Notes under the pieces: model-generated
Seen by the model: only the letters and a program-made list of their open reading frames with translations
Told to the model about the DNA's origin: nothing
Databases searched by the model: none
In this document: in pieces, positions 9,915-22,100 of the stretch
How the letters are laid out: the number at the start of each line of letters is the position of its first letter
Position numbering within the stretch: the stretch's first letter is position 1
Program-made: the position numbers and the translations under genes
Source of the DNA: Andalucia godoyi And28
Lineage: Eukaryota; Protista; Jakobida
Length of the DNA stretch: 64,000 bases
Assembly: GCA_009859145.1 (NCBI GenBank)
Contig: VRVR01000030.1
Location: 190,612 to 254,611 of the forward strand
Direction of reading: 5' to 3'

Positions 9915-10820
9915 TCACTTAGATTTGACGGACATCATTTGAGTTAGATTTGCAGTCGAAATGGGCATAACGGCGTGAATTCCATCATCAACTTCGTTCA
10001 TCAGCGTCGCATAATGCCCAGGCGAAAGATATTCCCGCAAGAATGCACAGTAGATGGCGATGGGGAACAAACCAAAACAGAAAAGATATGCAACGGCAGA
10101 CACACACAGCCCGCTATCCTTGCAATCCCCCATCAGGAAGCCTGCTATGGTATTCAACAAGTCAATGCAGCACATGAACACAAAATACAAGTAGTAACTG
10201 CGCTTTGCTGGAAGAACATATCTCCATTTTGTATGTGGAATTGCTAGAAAAACGACGTAAACCAGGACCAAGATGGCGTTCGAAACAGCCATATATAGGG
10301 CGGCATACCCTTGCGCACCAATAAGAAATCCTCGAATGCATGTTGCATCCGATTGTGTTATCGTGTAAATTTCCGCAGCGGCATCCAACATGCTGAAGAT
10401 AAACGAAAAGATGGCAGTTTTCCAAAAGAACGCAGTATTCTTTTCCGCAGACCACGCGGAAGAGACAAAGAAAAAAATAATAGAATCTTCTAAAAAGATG
10501 CATAAAAAATCCAACAGCGTCAACAAAGATTGTCCGATACGTGAACTTGTTTGTGAACGATGGACCGTTAGGGACATTACTAAAATCATAGCAGATAGAA
10601 GGCAAACAGCCCACACAAGAATGTAGTATATTCTCAGGATAAGTGACTCTGTTCTTCGCAATATAGATGTAGCCGTGCTCATTCTAAAGCTGAGATAGAG
10701 ACAGAACAAAGCGCACGGACATAGAGTGATGAATTGCAATGCAGATGCAAGAAATTCGTCATTCGGATATTCCACAAGGAACAAACACGTTCCTGACGAA
10801 TCCAGATCACATTGAAACAT
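9915..10820 (-). CDS. TPRA1/GPR175-like (plant CAND2-type) multi-pass membrane protein
   Basis: About seven hydrophobic segments. The C-terminal GLCVSAVAYLFCFGLFPIAIYCAFLREY resembles the last TPRA1 helix. An upstream exon is possible. Confidence 0.65.
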   Translation of the reverse strand: MFQCDLDSSGTCLFLVEYPNDEFLASALQFITLCPCALFCLYLSFRMSTATSILRRTESLILRIYYILVWAVCLLSAMILVMSLTVHRSQTSSRIGQSLLTLLDFLCIFLEDSIIFFFVSSAWSAEKNTAFFWKTAIFSFIFSMLDAAAEIYTITQSDATCIRGFLIGAQGYAALYMAVSNAILVLVYVVFLAIPHTKWRYVLPAKRSYYLYFVFMCCIDLLNTIAGFLMGDCKDSGLCVSAVAYLFCFGLFPIAIYCAFLREYLSPGHYATLMNEVDDGIHAVMPISTANLTQMMSVKSK

Positions 10821-12276
10821 TTTCGCAAATCTCGTTGGAAACTGTGGCAATGGCAAGCGAAACTAAAAAAACAAAAGAGAAATGGCGGACTGTGGTTAGT
10901 GAAAAAAGAAGGAAAAGAGCTTGATCAGTCGCGGTCTCGAGGATGGGCGGGACTGTGAAGTTCGTTCAGGAAATTCGGGAAATTCCCCGGTGTTTTTCTG
11001 TGACACCTCGGTGCCATGCGTACCTTCGACTATGTCAAGGACTATACCCGGACGTTGCCGCAGGTTCGATGAGCAGAATGAAACTGTAAATGATTCTTCA
11101 ACAACCGAGAATCATCATGTTTTTGTTTAATTTAGAAGGAACTGCAATTCTGTTTTCCAAGGTGACATTCCGCAAGCACGTGATTATTCTCATTCCTGGA
11201 TTCCCCGTCGTATGAAGAAGACAGTGGTCCAGGACAGCGGGAGAATGGAAAGAAGGCTTTTTGAAAAAAAGAACTGTGCGCAAATCTGAAAGCAAAGAAT
11301 CAAAAGGAAGTGGATGTCGAGACCGAAAATGGCGAACGGAACGCTCCGTCAACGAAGTGCCATTGGATTGGATTCGGAGCGACGTCGTTCGAAGACAATA
11401 CTAGGACCAATTTTTGCTGGCTTCGCTTTGCATTTCAAGGAAATAGTGTAGGCCAGCGATAGAAAATCATCTTCCCAACCAAATCATTTTCATTTGCATG
11501 GCTGTTTGTGTGGTTTTTTCTTTCTGGCATGGACTTGAAAAGCGCAGTAAAGCAGCTGTAGCGAATCGAAAAGGAGACTTCCAAAAAAGGCTTGGACAGT
11601 AAAAGCGGTGATAAGGGTTGGTTGATGAACCATCAACCACGCCCGACAGTCTGCCCACACCCGCGAACCCAGTCGAAAAAATCCCCCGTTTTCCAAAACA
11701 TCGATTTCCACTGGGCGTTCGAAATTCCACATTGTTTTCCCTCTTCTCTTTTTTCCTTCATTTATATCAAATTTCATTTTCACTACATTCTGACAGCAGT
11801 AATTTCAAGAACATTTGCTTCATTGTGTTTCCAGACACAGTCGTTTCTCTTTTACTCTCCTATTCTCCTTACTCCTCCTGAAGGAATATATACCCTCTTG
11901 TTTCCTTGATCCTTGTGGACAAGGTGACACTCCTTGTTTCTGTGGCTTGTTTTTCCCCTTACGTCATTGTATATTTTTATTGATAGTCTCTTGGTTCTTC
12001 GTGCCTTTCTTTTTTTTTCTGATTGTTTTGGATCTGGGAGGTTATTCCTGCCATGTAATCAGTTTTCGCTTTCACTTCGCTCCTATTTAATATTATTATT
12101 ATTATATATATCATTGCTTCCTTCCTTCTTTCTCTTTTCTCTTCTTGAATATTTTTTGTTTCGTTTTTTTTTTCGCTGTATTGTTCTCCGGATTCTCAAT
12201 TTCCGACAATCCATACGTTTTATCGTTGCTCCTTTTTTCGGCTTCACAATTTTAATCAGTATCTAATTTATTCACG

Positions 12277-13110
12277 ATGTCTGCAACCTATCTTTCTGGA
12301 CATCCGACGCGCTTTGGTGCGAATCGTCGCGCTCCGGAACCGCTGCCTCTTGTTTCAAACTCCGGGCCCTCCGCATTCTATGGCTCCTCATCCCAAATGC
12401 TCGTTTCTCACTGTCTAGATGCTTCTCTGGAAGAGGAGGAAGTCCTTTCTGATGATTGCGGAACGTCATCGTCCGTGTGTTCTTCTGGATCGTCAAGCAC
12501 AACATCTTCACGCACTTCGTCCTTGGTATGCCAATCGTTTCTCCCAGCCTCAAGCAGTACTTCAGTGAAGGGACCGGTTCTCGGGTCCGGAGGATCAGCC
12601 GGCACATACAATTCTGCGGTGGGGTTGCCGTCTTCTCCTAAAAACTCAGCAATGTTGCTTCAAGCACAGACACAGACGATGATCGCCCAGGCTGTTGATA
12701 CGGGGAAGGAGGCCCCAATTACTGCAAAAGAACTGGAAGCCATATCAAAAAGCCCCTTATATAAGACAGAAATATGTCGTAACTGGCAAGAACGTGGTTC
12801 ATGCTCGCTGGGTATCCGATGTTTGTTTGCACATGGAGATCATGAGTTGAGACCCAAGGAACGGCACAAGAAGTATAAGACACAGCTCTGCAAGTTCTAT
12901 CATGCACAGGGATACTGTTCGTACGGAACTCGTTGCTGCTTCACTCATGAACCTTGTCCATTGTTTCCTTGCACGTCTGCATCTGCTGGAGCGCAGGTTA
13001 GAGGGTTCATCGTGGTTTGCGTTCCAAATCGCCTTTGTTGCTTCAAGCACATGACACAATCGTCTTCTGCAGAAGAAACAGAACGGAACAATGCATCAAG
13101 CATTGAATAA
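12277..13110 (+). CDS. Tandem CCCH zinc-finger RNA-binding protein (TTP/ZFP36 family)
   Basis: Two C-x8-C-x5-C-x3-H fingers with YKTEIC and KYKTQLC lead-ins. Confidence 0.92.
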   Translation: MSATYLSGHPTRFGANRRAPEPLPLVSNSGPSAFYGSSSQMLVSHCLDASLEEEEVLSDDCGTSSSVCSSGSSSTTSSRTSSLVCQSFLPASSSTSVKGPVLGSGGSAGTYNSAVGLPSSPKNSAMLLQAQTQTMIAQAVDTGKEAPITAKELEAISKSPLYKTEICRNWQERGSCSLGIRCLFAHGDHELRPKERHKKYKTQLCKFYHAQGYCSYGTRCCFTHEPCPLFPCTSASAGAQVRGFIVVCVPNRLCCFKHMTQSSSAEETERNNASSIE

Positions 13111-13956
13111 TATTAGCCGATATACAAGCAAAATCATTTATCCCCTCCTTCGTTCGTAAAATTATGATTTATGTTTACCGTTGCTCATTTTTGCTTTCTC
13201 AAAACATTTGAAGTTATAAAACTTGCAAATTCACTTCATAAACACGTGATATAAGAACACATGGGATGAACATAATCTAATAGCCAAACATGAAGGCCAT
13301 CAAGAGATGACGGCAAATCTCCCGGACGAAGGCCAGTCAAGTGCCAACAAAAAAAAATGTCGAAAGGCAGTAAAGACGGCCGCATGAGGACAGAGAGACA
13401 ATCGACCACACTTGCGTGTTGACGCTCAGAAACAGAAGTCTGGAAAACCAGACAATGCAACGATGCCGCCAAAACTCTGCCATCAAGCCGAGGAATACCA
13501 GAACTGCTTTTTCTTCTAGAGGAAAGATCCGGCTGCTGCTTACAACGTGTGCTCAACCGCTATCCGAGCGGTCAACCGGGCTCCTTTGATATCCTACGAG
13601 GAACTCCGATTTATGTCAGGTTTCGTGCACAGGTCGATCATCTTCTTGCGGTATCTTCATCATGTGTTTACGAAGTCACTCTGACGAGGAGTTATCAAGT
13701 TTCGCAGCAGACACTCTGGAACATGAGCTCACTTTTTCTCACTGGCATTCAGTACCGTTAAATGGTCCGAAAACAGGAATGTTAATCTGTGCAAAAGCCA
13801 AGCCAAAATGAAGAAATGTCAGTCACCGCAAATGTTGTTAAAATGTACTGTTTACAGGAACGAAATAAGGAAACAAAAAGCAGCAATTTACCAAAACGAA
13901 AGTTAAATGCGACACTTAGGAGTTGCTCAAACAGACACCCAAACGCAGACAGACAA

Positions 13957-14192
13957 TGTTGAGTAACAGTGTCTGAACTGACTTGTAGTCAACTGCATTT
14001 GACGTACGTATGACGTACGTATGACGTATTTAATGACGTATGAGGTTATAGGAGAGATGTGCTCTGAGTTCGTATTTAAGGAGCTGTTCGTTTATTTGTT
14101 TGTTTGTCTGTTTTCGTTTTCTCACTATAATAAATCACACACAAAACTATCTTTTATTATCCCTGGTTATATCTTTAACAGGACATGCTACA
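13957..14192 (+). repeat. 5' LTR (236 bp)
   Basis: Begins TGTTGAGTAAC, ends GCTACA; direct repeat of 17167-17390. Confidence 0.93.
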
Positions 14193-14195
14193 ATA

Positions 14196-14204
14196 GGTTA
14201 TGAG
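14196..14204 (+). promoter_or_regulatory. Copia-type primer-binding site GGTTATGAG overlapping the gag ATG
   Basis: Lies 3 bp after the 5' LTR and resembles the GGTTATGGG PBS of copia elements primed by an initiator-tRNA fragment. Confidence 0.6.
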
Positions 14205-17166
14205 ACTGTTCGCGAGTATGAATCAACAAGATACTGTCGAAAAGTTCGGAGGTGATGACTATCACCTGTCCAGCGTGAAGCTGAAGATGTTGTTGATGCC
14301 TCAGGGATTGTGGGACGTTGTGGTGTGCGACAAACTACAACCGCAGGATAGTCAGAGGGCATGTAAGGCGTTAGGAATAATGGGAATGGCTCTCAAGGAT
14401 AGTGTCTTGGTTGGCATGGGGTTTCACGCAATCGAAACGCCAAGGGAAGCGTGGGACAAGCTGGCGATGACGTACGGGAAGAAATCGACTGTACGCAAGT
14501 TGCTGTCGAGACAGCAGTTACAGCAGGTGGTTATGCAAGAGGGAGAAGATGTGCAGAAGTACATCGCGAAGGTCAACGGTTTGGTTGATGAGTTGTCTCT
14601 TGCAGGAGTGGCAATATCAAGTGAGGATGTAGTCGCAAAAATGCTGCTGGGGTTGCCTAAGTCGTGGTCGTCACTGGTGGCAGCATGACCAAATATGCCA
14701 GAGGAACAACTGACGAAGGAGTACATCATACAGCGGTCGGAGTATGGGCAACAGAAGACGATGCAGGGTGGCATCGGTGAGGTTGCCATGATCTTTCAAG
14801 TGAAGAAAGTGTGGAACAACAAGAAAAAGAAGTTTAAAGAGCGTTGTTTCAACTGCAACAAGATCGGTCACAAGAAGCAGGAGTGCCCAAAGGAAAAGGA
14901 CAGCAAGGAGAGAGCGGAAGTGTCTAAGGCACTGGTGTCAGATGCTGGAAGCTCTGATGATGCATACGTCTTTCTGACGGATTCAGTGTCACAAGATGCG
15001 AATTGGGTTGTGGACTCTGGTGCTTCGGAACACATGTTCAAAAATAAAGAGGATTTTTGCACTTACGAAGTTGTGCAGGGTAGATCGGTCAGAATGGTGG
15101 ATGGAAAAGCCACGAAAATAGTTGGTAGTGGATGTGTCGAGTTGTTGTTGCGAGATGGTGAAAAGATGCGCAAGGTCGTGTTGAATAGTGTCTTACAAAT
15201 TTGTTGTCGGTAGCCCGTTTAATGGACCGTGGATACCGAACAATGTTCGAAGAAGGAAAATGCAAGATTGTGGATGCTGAAGGAGGCATTGTATGTTCTG
15301 CACCAGTGAGTTGTGGCATTGTGCGTCTTAAATGTTCGTCTGCTCGTGCATTCGCGGTGGCAAACGGAAGTACGAATACAGAATTGTGGCACCGTTGCAT
15401 GGGCCACATTGCTCCGTCGGCAATCTTGCAAATGAAAACTCGTGAGATGGTGGCAGGTCTGGGCACTGCTCACATTGAAAAGGAGATGAGTTTTTGCGAA
15501 GCATGTCTGGAAGGTAAGCAGCATGCAGCAAATGTTCCCAGAGCGGCTGATCACAGTGGCGTTCGTGATGTTCTGGACCTGGTCCACTCAGAGGTTGTCG
15601 GTCCAATGTCCATAGCAACGTACTCGGGATAGCGATACTATATGGAGTTTGTGGATGACTATTCTCGGATGATATGGATTTATGCATTAAGGGCCAAGAG
15701 TGAGGTGATCGTTAGGTTCAAGGAGTTCAAGGCAATGGTGGGACTCAGACCGGGCGGAAGATCAAGATTTTCAGGTCAGACAACGGAGGTGAATATGAGT
15801 CCGAGGAGTTCAACAAGCTGTTGAGGGAAGCAGGCATTGTGCACCAGAGGTCGGCGCCGTTCACACCGCAACAAAACGGAGTGGTAGAACGCCGCAATCG
15901 TTCGGTAATGGAGATGGTAAGAGCAATGTTGCAGCATGCACGGCTGGACAAGTTATTCTGGTTTGATGCAGTCGCAACTGCAGTGCATGTGAAGAATCGC
16001 TGTCCAAATGCTGCTCTCGGATACAAGACTCCCGCGGAACAGTTCAATGGATCGAAACCGGATGTGAGTCATTTCAGGCTGTTCGGATGCGATGCATGTG
16101 TCTTACTTGAGGATGGGTCGCAAACCAAGTTGGACAGTAAGGTCAAGAAAGGAGTGGTTACTGGCTTTCTATATGACAATGGAGTAAAAGGATATCGAAT
16201 CAACGATCAAGGGACTGGTAGGATTGTTGTCAGTCGGAATGTGCAGTTCAATGAGACAAGTATGTGTGCTACTAACGCGCATGGAACGGGCGAGGATGAA
16301 ACTAGACGTTGGTGCTACCTGAGGAAAACGTTGAAGATGGCGAGTTGCAAGTCAGTGAGAATCCAGTATCGGGACAAGTGGGAGCATTGACCCTGCGTCG
16401 TTCAACAAGAGTTCGTCGTGCAAATTCAAACTGGTGGGAAACCGATGCGAGTGCAAACACGGTTGATACTGAACCCAGTTCTGTTGGCGATGCATTAGCA
16501 AGTGCGGATTCTGCAAATTGGATGGAAGCCATACGTACGGAAATGGATTCGATTCGGAAGAACGATGTATACGAGTTGAATGAGTTGCCTCAGTGTGGAA
16601 AGGCAATCGGATGTCGATGGATTTTTCGGACCAAGAAGGATGCTAACGGGAATGTGGAACGGTACAAGGCGCGACTGGTTGCAAGTGGATATGGTCAGAA
16701 TCCCGGAATTGATTTTACAGAAGCGTTTGCACCAGTGGCGAAGTTCAGCAGTATTCGAACAATATTGGCAATAGCAGCACTGGAACGGTTTGAAGTGCAT
16801 CAAATGGATGTGAAGACAGCATTTCTGAACGGGAATTTGGAAGAGGAGGTTTTTATGGAACAATCAGATGGAACGATCGAAAAGGGCAAGGAAAAACTCG
16901 TGTGGATACTGAAGAAATTGGAATGGAGAACTGTGGCACAGTTAGCACTCCTATGGAAGGGCAGGACAATCAAAATGGACCGAATTCAGTGGATTCAGGA
17001 CTTTATCGTCAAGCTGTTGGATGTCTAATGTACCTGATGGTAGGAACTCGTCCAGACATTGCGTTTTCTGTCAGTTATGTGAGCAGATTCTTGGAATCTC
17101 CAATGGCAGAACACCGGACAACAGTCAAACGGATTATGCGTCACTTGGCAGGTACTGTGAAACCTG
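14200..17166 (+). pseudogene. Copia gag-pol pseudogene; RT core (YxDD) and RNase H missing
   Basis: Split over several frames. Near 16917 VWILKK jumps directly to GMENCGTVSTPME, and the sequence runs into the 3' LTR right after RIMRHLAGT. Confidence 0.88.
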
Positions 17167-17390
17167 TGTTGAGTAACAGTGTCTGAACTGACTACATTCA
17201 ACTGCATTTGACGTACTTATGACGTATTCAATGACGTATGAGGTTATAAGAGAGAAGTGCTCTGAGTTCGTATTTCAGGAGCTATTTGTTTATTTGTTTG
17301 TTTGTCTGTTTTCGTTTTCTCACTATAATAAATCACACACAAAACTATCTTTTATTATCCCTGGTTATATCTTTGACTGGATATGTTACA
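17167..17390 (+). repeat. 3' LTR (224 bp)
   Basis: Begins TGTTGAGTAAC, ends GTTACA. It differs from the 5' LTR by one 11-bp repeat unit and roughly 15 substitutions (counted by eye). Confidence 0.93.
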
Positions 17391-17744
17391 GTAATGTGCC
17401 CATTCTTCCGCGATGTGCGAATTCCGAATTCGGAACGCCGATAGACTGGCTTTCACATTATAAAAACTGTTTCAGAAGTGAACGGGTTCACTCTCTTCTC
17501 CACGCAAACTGATCGATGACGATGTGTCATTCTCAAGCTGGTCGCGTGAAATTCTTTCAAGTATCCTCACCCTGGACTACTGTGTTTGGGCTCGATTTCT
17601 TCTCTCGACCTCCGTTGCTCTCTCCATTACTAGTTTCTCGTCGATATTAGCATTTAGATTCTCGTGTTCTGGATGCATTTCTCTCCAAATATCTCTTTCC
17701 GAGGCGCGGAATGTTATGATACGTCGTCTTTCGGAGTTGATCCG

Positions 17745-18085
17745 AGCATCCGGTCCGTCAAGTCAGCGGCTGACCAATTTGTGTATGAACATCGAGCAAA
17801 TATTATTCCGGAAGTCAGTTTATCTACTCAATACGGGACGCGATGTTCCTACCGTAGCAGGTCCAGAATTTTTTCATTCCTCACTTTTCTCTCTTTCATT
17901 CTATTATTCTTTCTGTTTGTTTTATGTCTTTCATAACCGAACCCTCAAGCAAGCACCTTTCATCCAGGACAAGACACATATTTCATGGCTCCAAAGAGGG
18001 GTCTTCCGGAAAAACGCAAACCGGCCATGCCCGAAGATACGGAGAACCGAGAAACCCGTTGATCCCCTCTCGTCGGAGGCGGAGA
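17745..18085 (+). repeat. Dispersed duplicate, copy A (part of a possible KIX-like gene or pseudogene, ORF 17524-18102)
   Basis: Colinear with the reverse complement of about 44012-44335. Shared blocks include taccgtag-caggtccagaatttt, ctattatt-tttctgtttgtttt and catggctccaaa...aaacccgttgatcccctctcgtcggaggc. Confidence 0.8.
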
Positions 18086-19182
18086 GCAAGAAGAAGCGAT
18101 GAACCTCTGATGTAGAGCAATCAGCATTGAAGAGCTGGTGCTCGCCCCCAAATCAAAAACAAAACATGTGGCTTTGGATCTGTCTTCGGTGACAGCTTAC
18201 CCGGTGATGATCAACAGTGATTCATGTCCTGGCGAGCGGTTACTGTCCCGACGACCGTCTTCTCCACCCTAAGACGAAATCCCCATGAAATGAAAAAAAA
18301 AGCTTCAGTCGGCAGTGATTTCGAAGCATTGCAGCGTGCTCAATCTACAAGTCGTTATCTGCTGAATGCAGTCCCTTCATGCAGTCAAGGCAGAGTCACC
18401 GATGTTCTGCAAGCTCGCACATAAAGGGCTTCAGCAGTCATGTGTCTATTCAACAATTGTTCACAAAAAACAAAACACAAAAAACAAAAACAGCAACAAA
18501 CCAATAAAAACCCGCTAGACTGCAGGTCACTCCAAATTTGACAACGTGACAACGTACACAGCTTCAATTTGACAGTGAAATGCGGGTGTTTTTGCTCAGT
18601 GAGCGGTTTCAAGGATAATATGATATGAAACCGAGAAATCAGAATGAACAACTGCTACAAGAAATGCAGCTTGCTGATTGACGGCAAACACAGATATATC
18701 GCAAATTCTGCATCACGTAAGAAAAATCCCAGGACTGTGAAATGAAGTCAGATAACATACTTCTGAATGCTGAGAACTGCATCTTCATAGACACAAAGAA
18801 TGACAAACCAACACGATTGAAACAGAGTTTTCAGCAACAGAGAATCATGAAAATAGATCTCTTCCACCAAGCCGCTAGTGCGAGGTTGAATATCCGTGCG
18901 CACTATGTCAACTAGATTCATTACGGTCTCCGTATCGTGTTGCCTCTCGGACAAAAGAAATCATGCTTCGAAAGCTTTCTTTTTCTTCCCAAGCAAAAAC
19001 GAAAAGCAGCATTTCGCTTGGCCAGCTTCGAACAGTCGCAATATGTCGACATCCATCCGTTAAGTCCACGGATGCATTTCTGCCTTGCTCTGCATTCTCC
19101 GTGCTTTTTGATTTGAATTCACGATTGAATTCCGCACCCTACATTTCTCAAAGACCCTAGTTGCAAAAAAGCTTGACTGACA

Positions 19183-22100
19183 ATGAACACAGATGCGCGC
19201 CATTTTTATGAAGATAGGTTGCAGACCGTCGTGTTGAATCTCACCAACGTGTTTGAAGCTCTGCAGAAAGACCCCGTCATTGATGCGATGCAGAAAGACT
19301 CTGCATCTGCCGTGCACATCTCTGACAGATGTGCTGAAGTCCTTAAAGAGTTTCTTCATTCCGAAGAAGAATCCCTGATTCAACAGCTTCAAATGCAGTT
19401 GCATCATCGCGATTCTGAGCTTGACAAGTTGCATGCTGATGTATCGAAATCGCAGTCCATCATCGAGAGTCTTGAGCAACAGTTGTCTGCATGCGGAGAA
19501 CTAGCGAGGGAGCGCAGCGGTATCTTGCAGAAGGAGAGTAGACTCGCAGAAGAGGTAGCCGCATTGTCACACGAAAATGAACTTCTCCGCGATGAATTGG
19601 AAAAGGCCATTGACGGTTTGCAAGGTTCATCTGTGATTTCCACAAGCTTAAAAGAACTTCGTTCATCTCTTAAAGTGGAACGAAAGAAAAGAGGAAAATT
19701 AGAGGGCTCAGTGGAAGAGCTGAAGTCTGAGAAACGAGAGATGAAGAACAAGCTTAAGGAAATGCATATTTCTGGAAAACGTCTCGAGGAAAGGCACAGT
19801 CGTGCGCAGGAGCTGCTTGTTCAGTTATGTGAATCTGCTGAACTGACGATTGAAAATAGAAGGCTTACTGTGGATGATAAGTTTTCTCAATTTCTTGCAG
19901 AAATATTCTCGTCGGATGGATTTGTTCTTCGCAGCATGGTAACTTTGGATCCAGACATTCCTAGATCAGATGCCATGCGTTTTCAACAAAGAATTTCCGA
20001 TATCTCCAACTCTTGGCAATCTATGTGGAATGGCGTTTGCAAATCGCTATCTCTTGAGGTGTCTCGCGATGCTACATCCAAGTCTGATCTTGAGAAGATC
20101 AGGTTCTTGGAAGACGAGGTTTCTCGTCTTGAGATCTTGGTCTCCAAGCTTCACAGCAAAGTTGCAAAGTACAAACAAAAATCAATATCCGCAGGAGCGC
20201 CTTCCTTTGCGGCGAACTCTTCTCTTGATATTGTGGACTCGGTGTTGTCCGCCATTGACAGGAAGCGAAGTTCTGAAGTAGATGCAGAGAGAGAGTATTT
20301 ACATTCTGTTGTGCAAACCGTGGATTCAATGCGCCATGAGATCCAACGATTAACGAATGCACATTCAATGGAATCGAAGCAAAAAGATGAGGAGTTGTCA
20401 AAATGCAATGAACAATGCAAAACACTTGCGGAAACTCTCGAGATGTCACAGCAGCGAGCATCACAGTTCGAAAAAGACTTACAAAACATGTCTTCGTCAA
20501 AGGAGTTGATCCGCAAAGAGCTGGAGAATGTTGTTTCAAAGTCTGAAGAGCTGTCTGACAAGTATTTGACAGTTGCCAGGAGATTCGATGATTCGCAGAC
20601 CCGCTGCAAGGTTTTGGAACAGAAATGCAAATCACTGGAATCACAGTTGTCCGAATCGAGCACTCGACTGTCTTCTTCAGAAGAAGAAGTTCTGCGTGTT
20701 CAGAAGGCCTCTAGAGACGCTGAGAGAACTGTTTCTCAACTTGAGCGCCAGATCGAAATGATGAAGACTGTTTCCCAGGAAAATATGAAACGATCCGAAA
20801 AAGAAAAAGACCGAGTAGAAGAAGAACTTCGAAACATTCAGTCTGATCTTTCCGAAAGACTTCGCAAATCCCAGCAGTCGAAGGAAGACACTCAGCGAAG
20901 CTGGGAAGAAGATGCCAACTCTTGGAGACGTGCGATGGCAGAAACGGCCGAGCGACATCAAAGCGAGACGAATTCGCTTCAAGAAAGATATCTCAGTGAG
21001 ATCCAAAAGCTTCGATCGACGTATGATGCGCAAATCTTGAAGTGGCGCCAGCAAGCGGAGGCGGCCCAAGATGAGAATTTTACTCTTCAACAGGAGCTGA
21101 CACTGGTTCGTCGTCCCAGCAACACCGGAAAGCGTCCGAGTTTGCGCAAGGAAAATGTGGCACTTGTTCGCCGGCAGTTGAATGCATTTCGAGACGAATT
21201 GCTCTCGATTCGCCGTGAAATGGTGTCTTTTGTTAACCGTTCCCAGAAATATGCACAAGATATACTTACATCCATCCTCAAGCGGTTTGAAAATGAAATT
21301 ACTTCGGAGAAAGTGAACATCCAGTCAGACCTGCGAGTCCAGAGGATGAAACTGGAGGATGAATTCATGGTGTCTCAAAGAGAATCTGAAAGGATTTTCT
21401 CGGAGAAGGTCTCCAGACTTGAAATCAAACTGAAGAAGGAGTACGAAGACATGGCGAGGATAGTCCAAGATGATGTTCATATTCGAGAAACGCAATTTGA
21501 AAAGGAGCTTGCCAACCAGAAAGCTCTCGCAAAAAGACTGGAGAATGATGTCAAGAACGTCTCGGATCAACTGCAAAAAAGTGAACAACGAAACGCGTCG
21601 CTAGAGTCAGATCGATCCGAAATTGAAGAAAAGCACGCAACTGAGCGCATTCGTCTGGAGAGCAGGAATCGCATCCTCCAGGACAACTACAACAACGTGT
21701 TATTCGCTCTAGAAGAAATGGCTGATCTAGCAGGAGGAGTACAGAATGATGACACATGGAAGCAGTTTGTAGCCAGTTTACGAATGGAGGGCAAGATTGA
21801 AAAACAAACGCAGTATCGTGGGTTGCCTTCTTCAGTGCAATCAAAATTTCGCCAGTCCCGCGAGTCTGCAGCCGAGCTCGAGGAGTTGAGAAAGCGAGTA
21901 CCGGAGCAAGAATCGATCATTTCCCAGTTAGAGCATCAAATCAGTGCCAAATCTCTGGAACTTTCTGTACAAAAATCTGATTACAATCTTCTGGAAACTG
22001 AGGTCGAGGGCTCGAAAAAAGCGGGTAAGATACTGAAAGACACCGAAGGTATTCTCAGGCAGCAGCTCGAAATGGAACAGTCGGACTCCAAGAGGAAAAT

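Larger units (their letters stand above)
13957..17390 (+). mobile_element. Decayed Ty1/copia LTR retrotransposon (deletion derivative)
   Basis: Two TG...CA LTRs flank gag-like sequence, a CCHC knuckle (CFNCNKIGHKKQEC), protease (WVVDSGASEHM), integrase (LWHRCMGH, FVDDYSR, QQNGVVERRNRS) and RT (KARLVASG, HQMDVKTAFLNG) in copia order, with stops and frameshifts. Confidence 0.95.

Noticed and set aside
11400-12270. Several overlapping ORFs and an 8-bp hairpin (11620-11638) upstream of the CCCH gene
   Set aside because: T-rich low-complexity intergenic or UTR sequence; a hairpin of this size is expected by chance.
13990-14045. Short direct repeats as a CRISPR array
   Set aside because: These are 7-11 bp tandem units inside an LTR, with no spacers and no cas genes; the context is eukaryotic.
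18200-18960. Possible small multi-exon gene upstream of the coiled-coil gene
   Set aside because: The trial splice I made (GTATG donor to the next CAG) hit a stop, and no motif was recognised.
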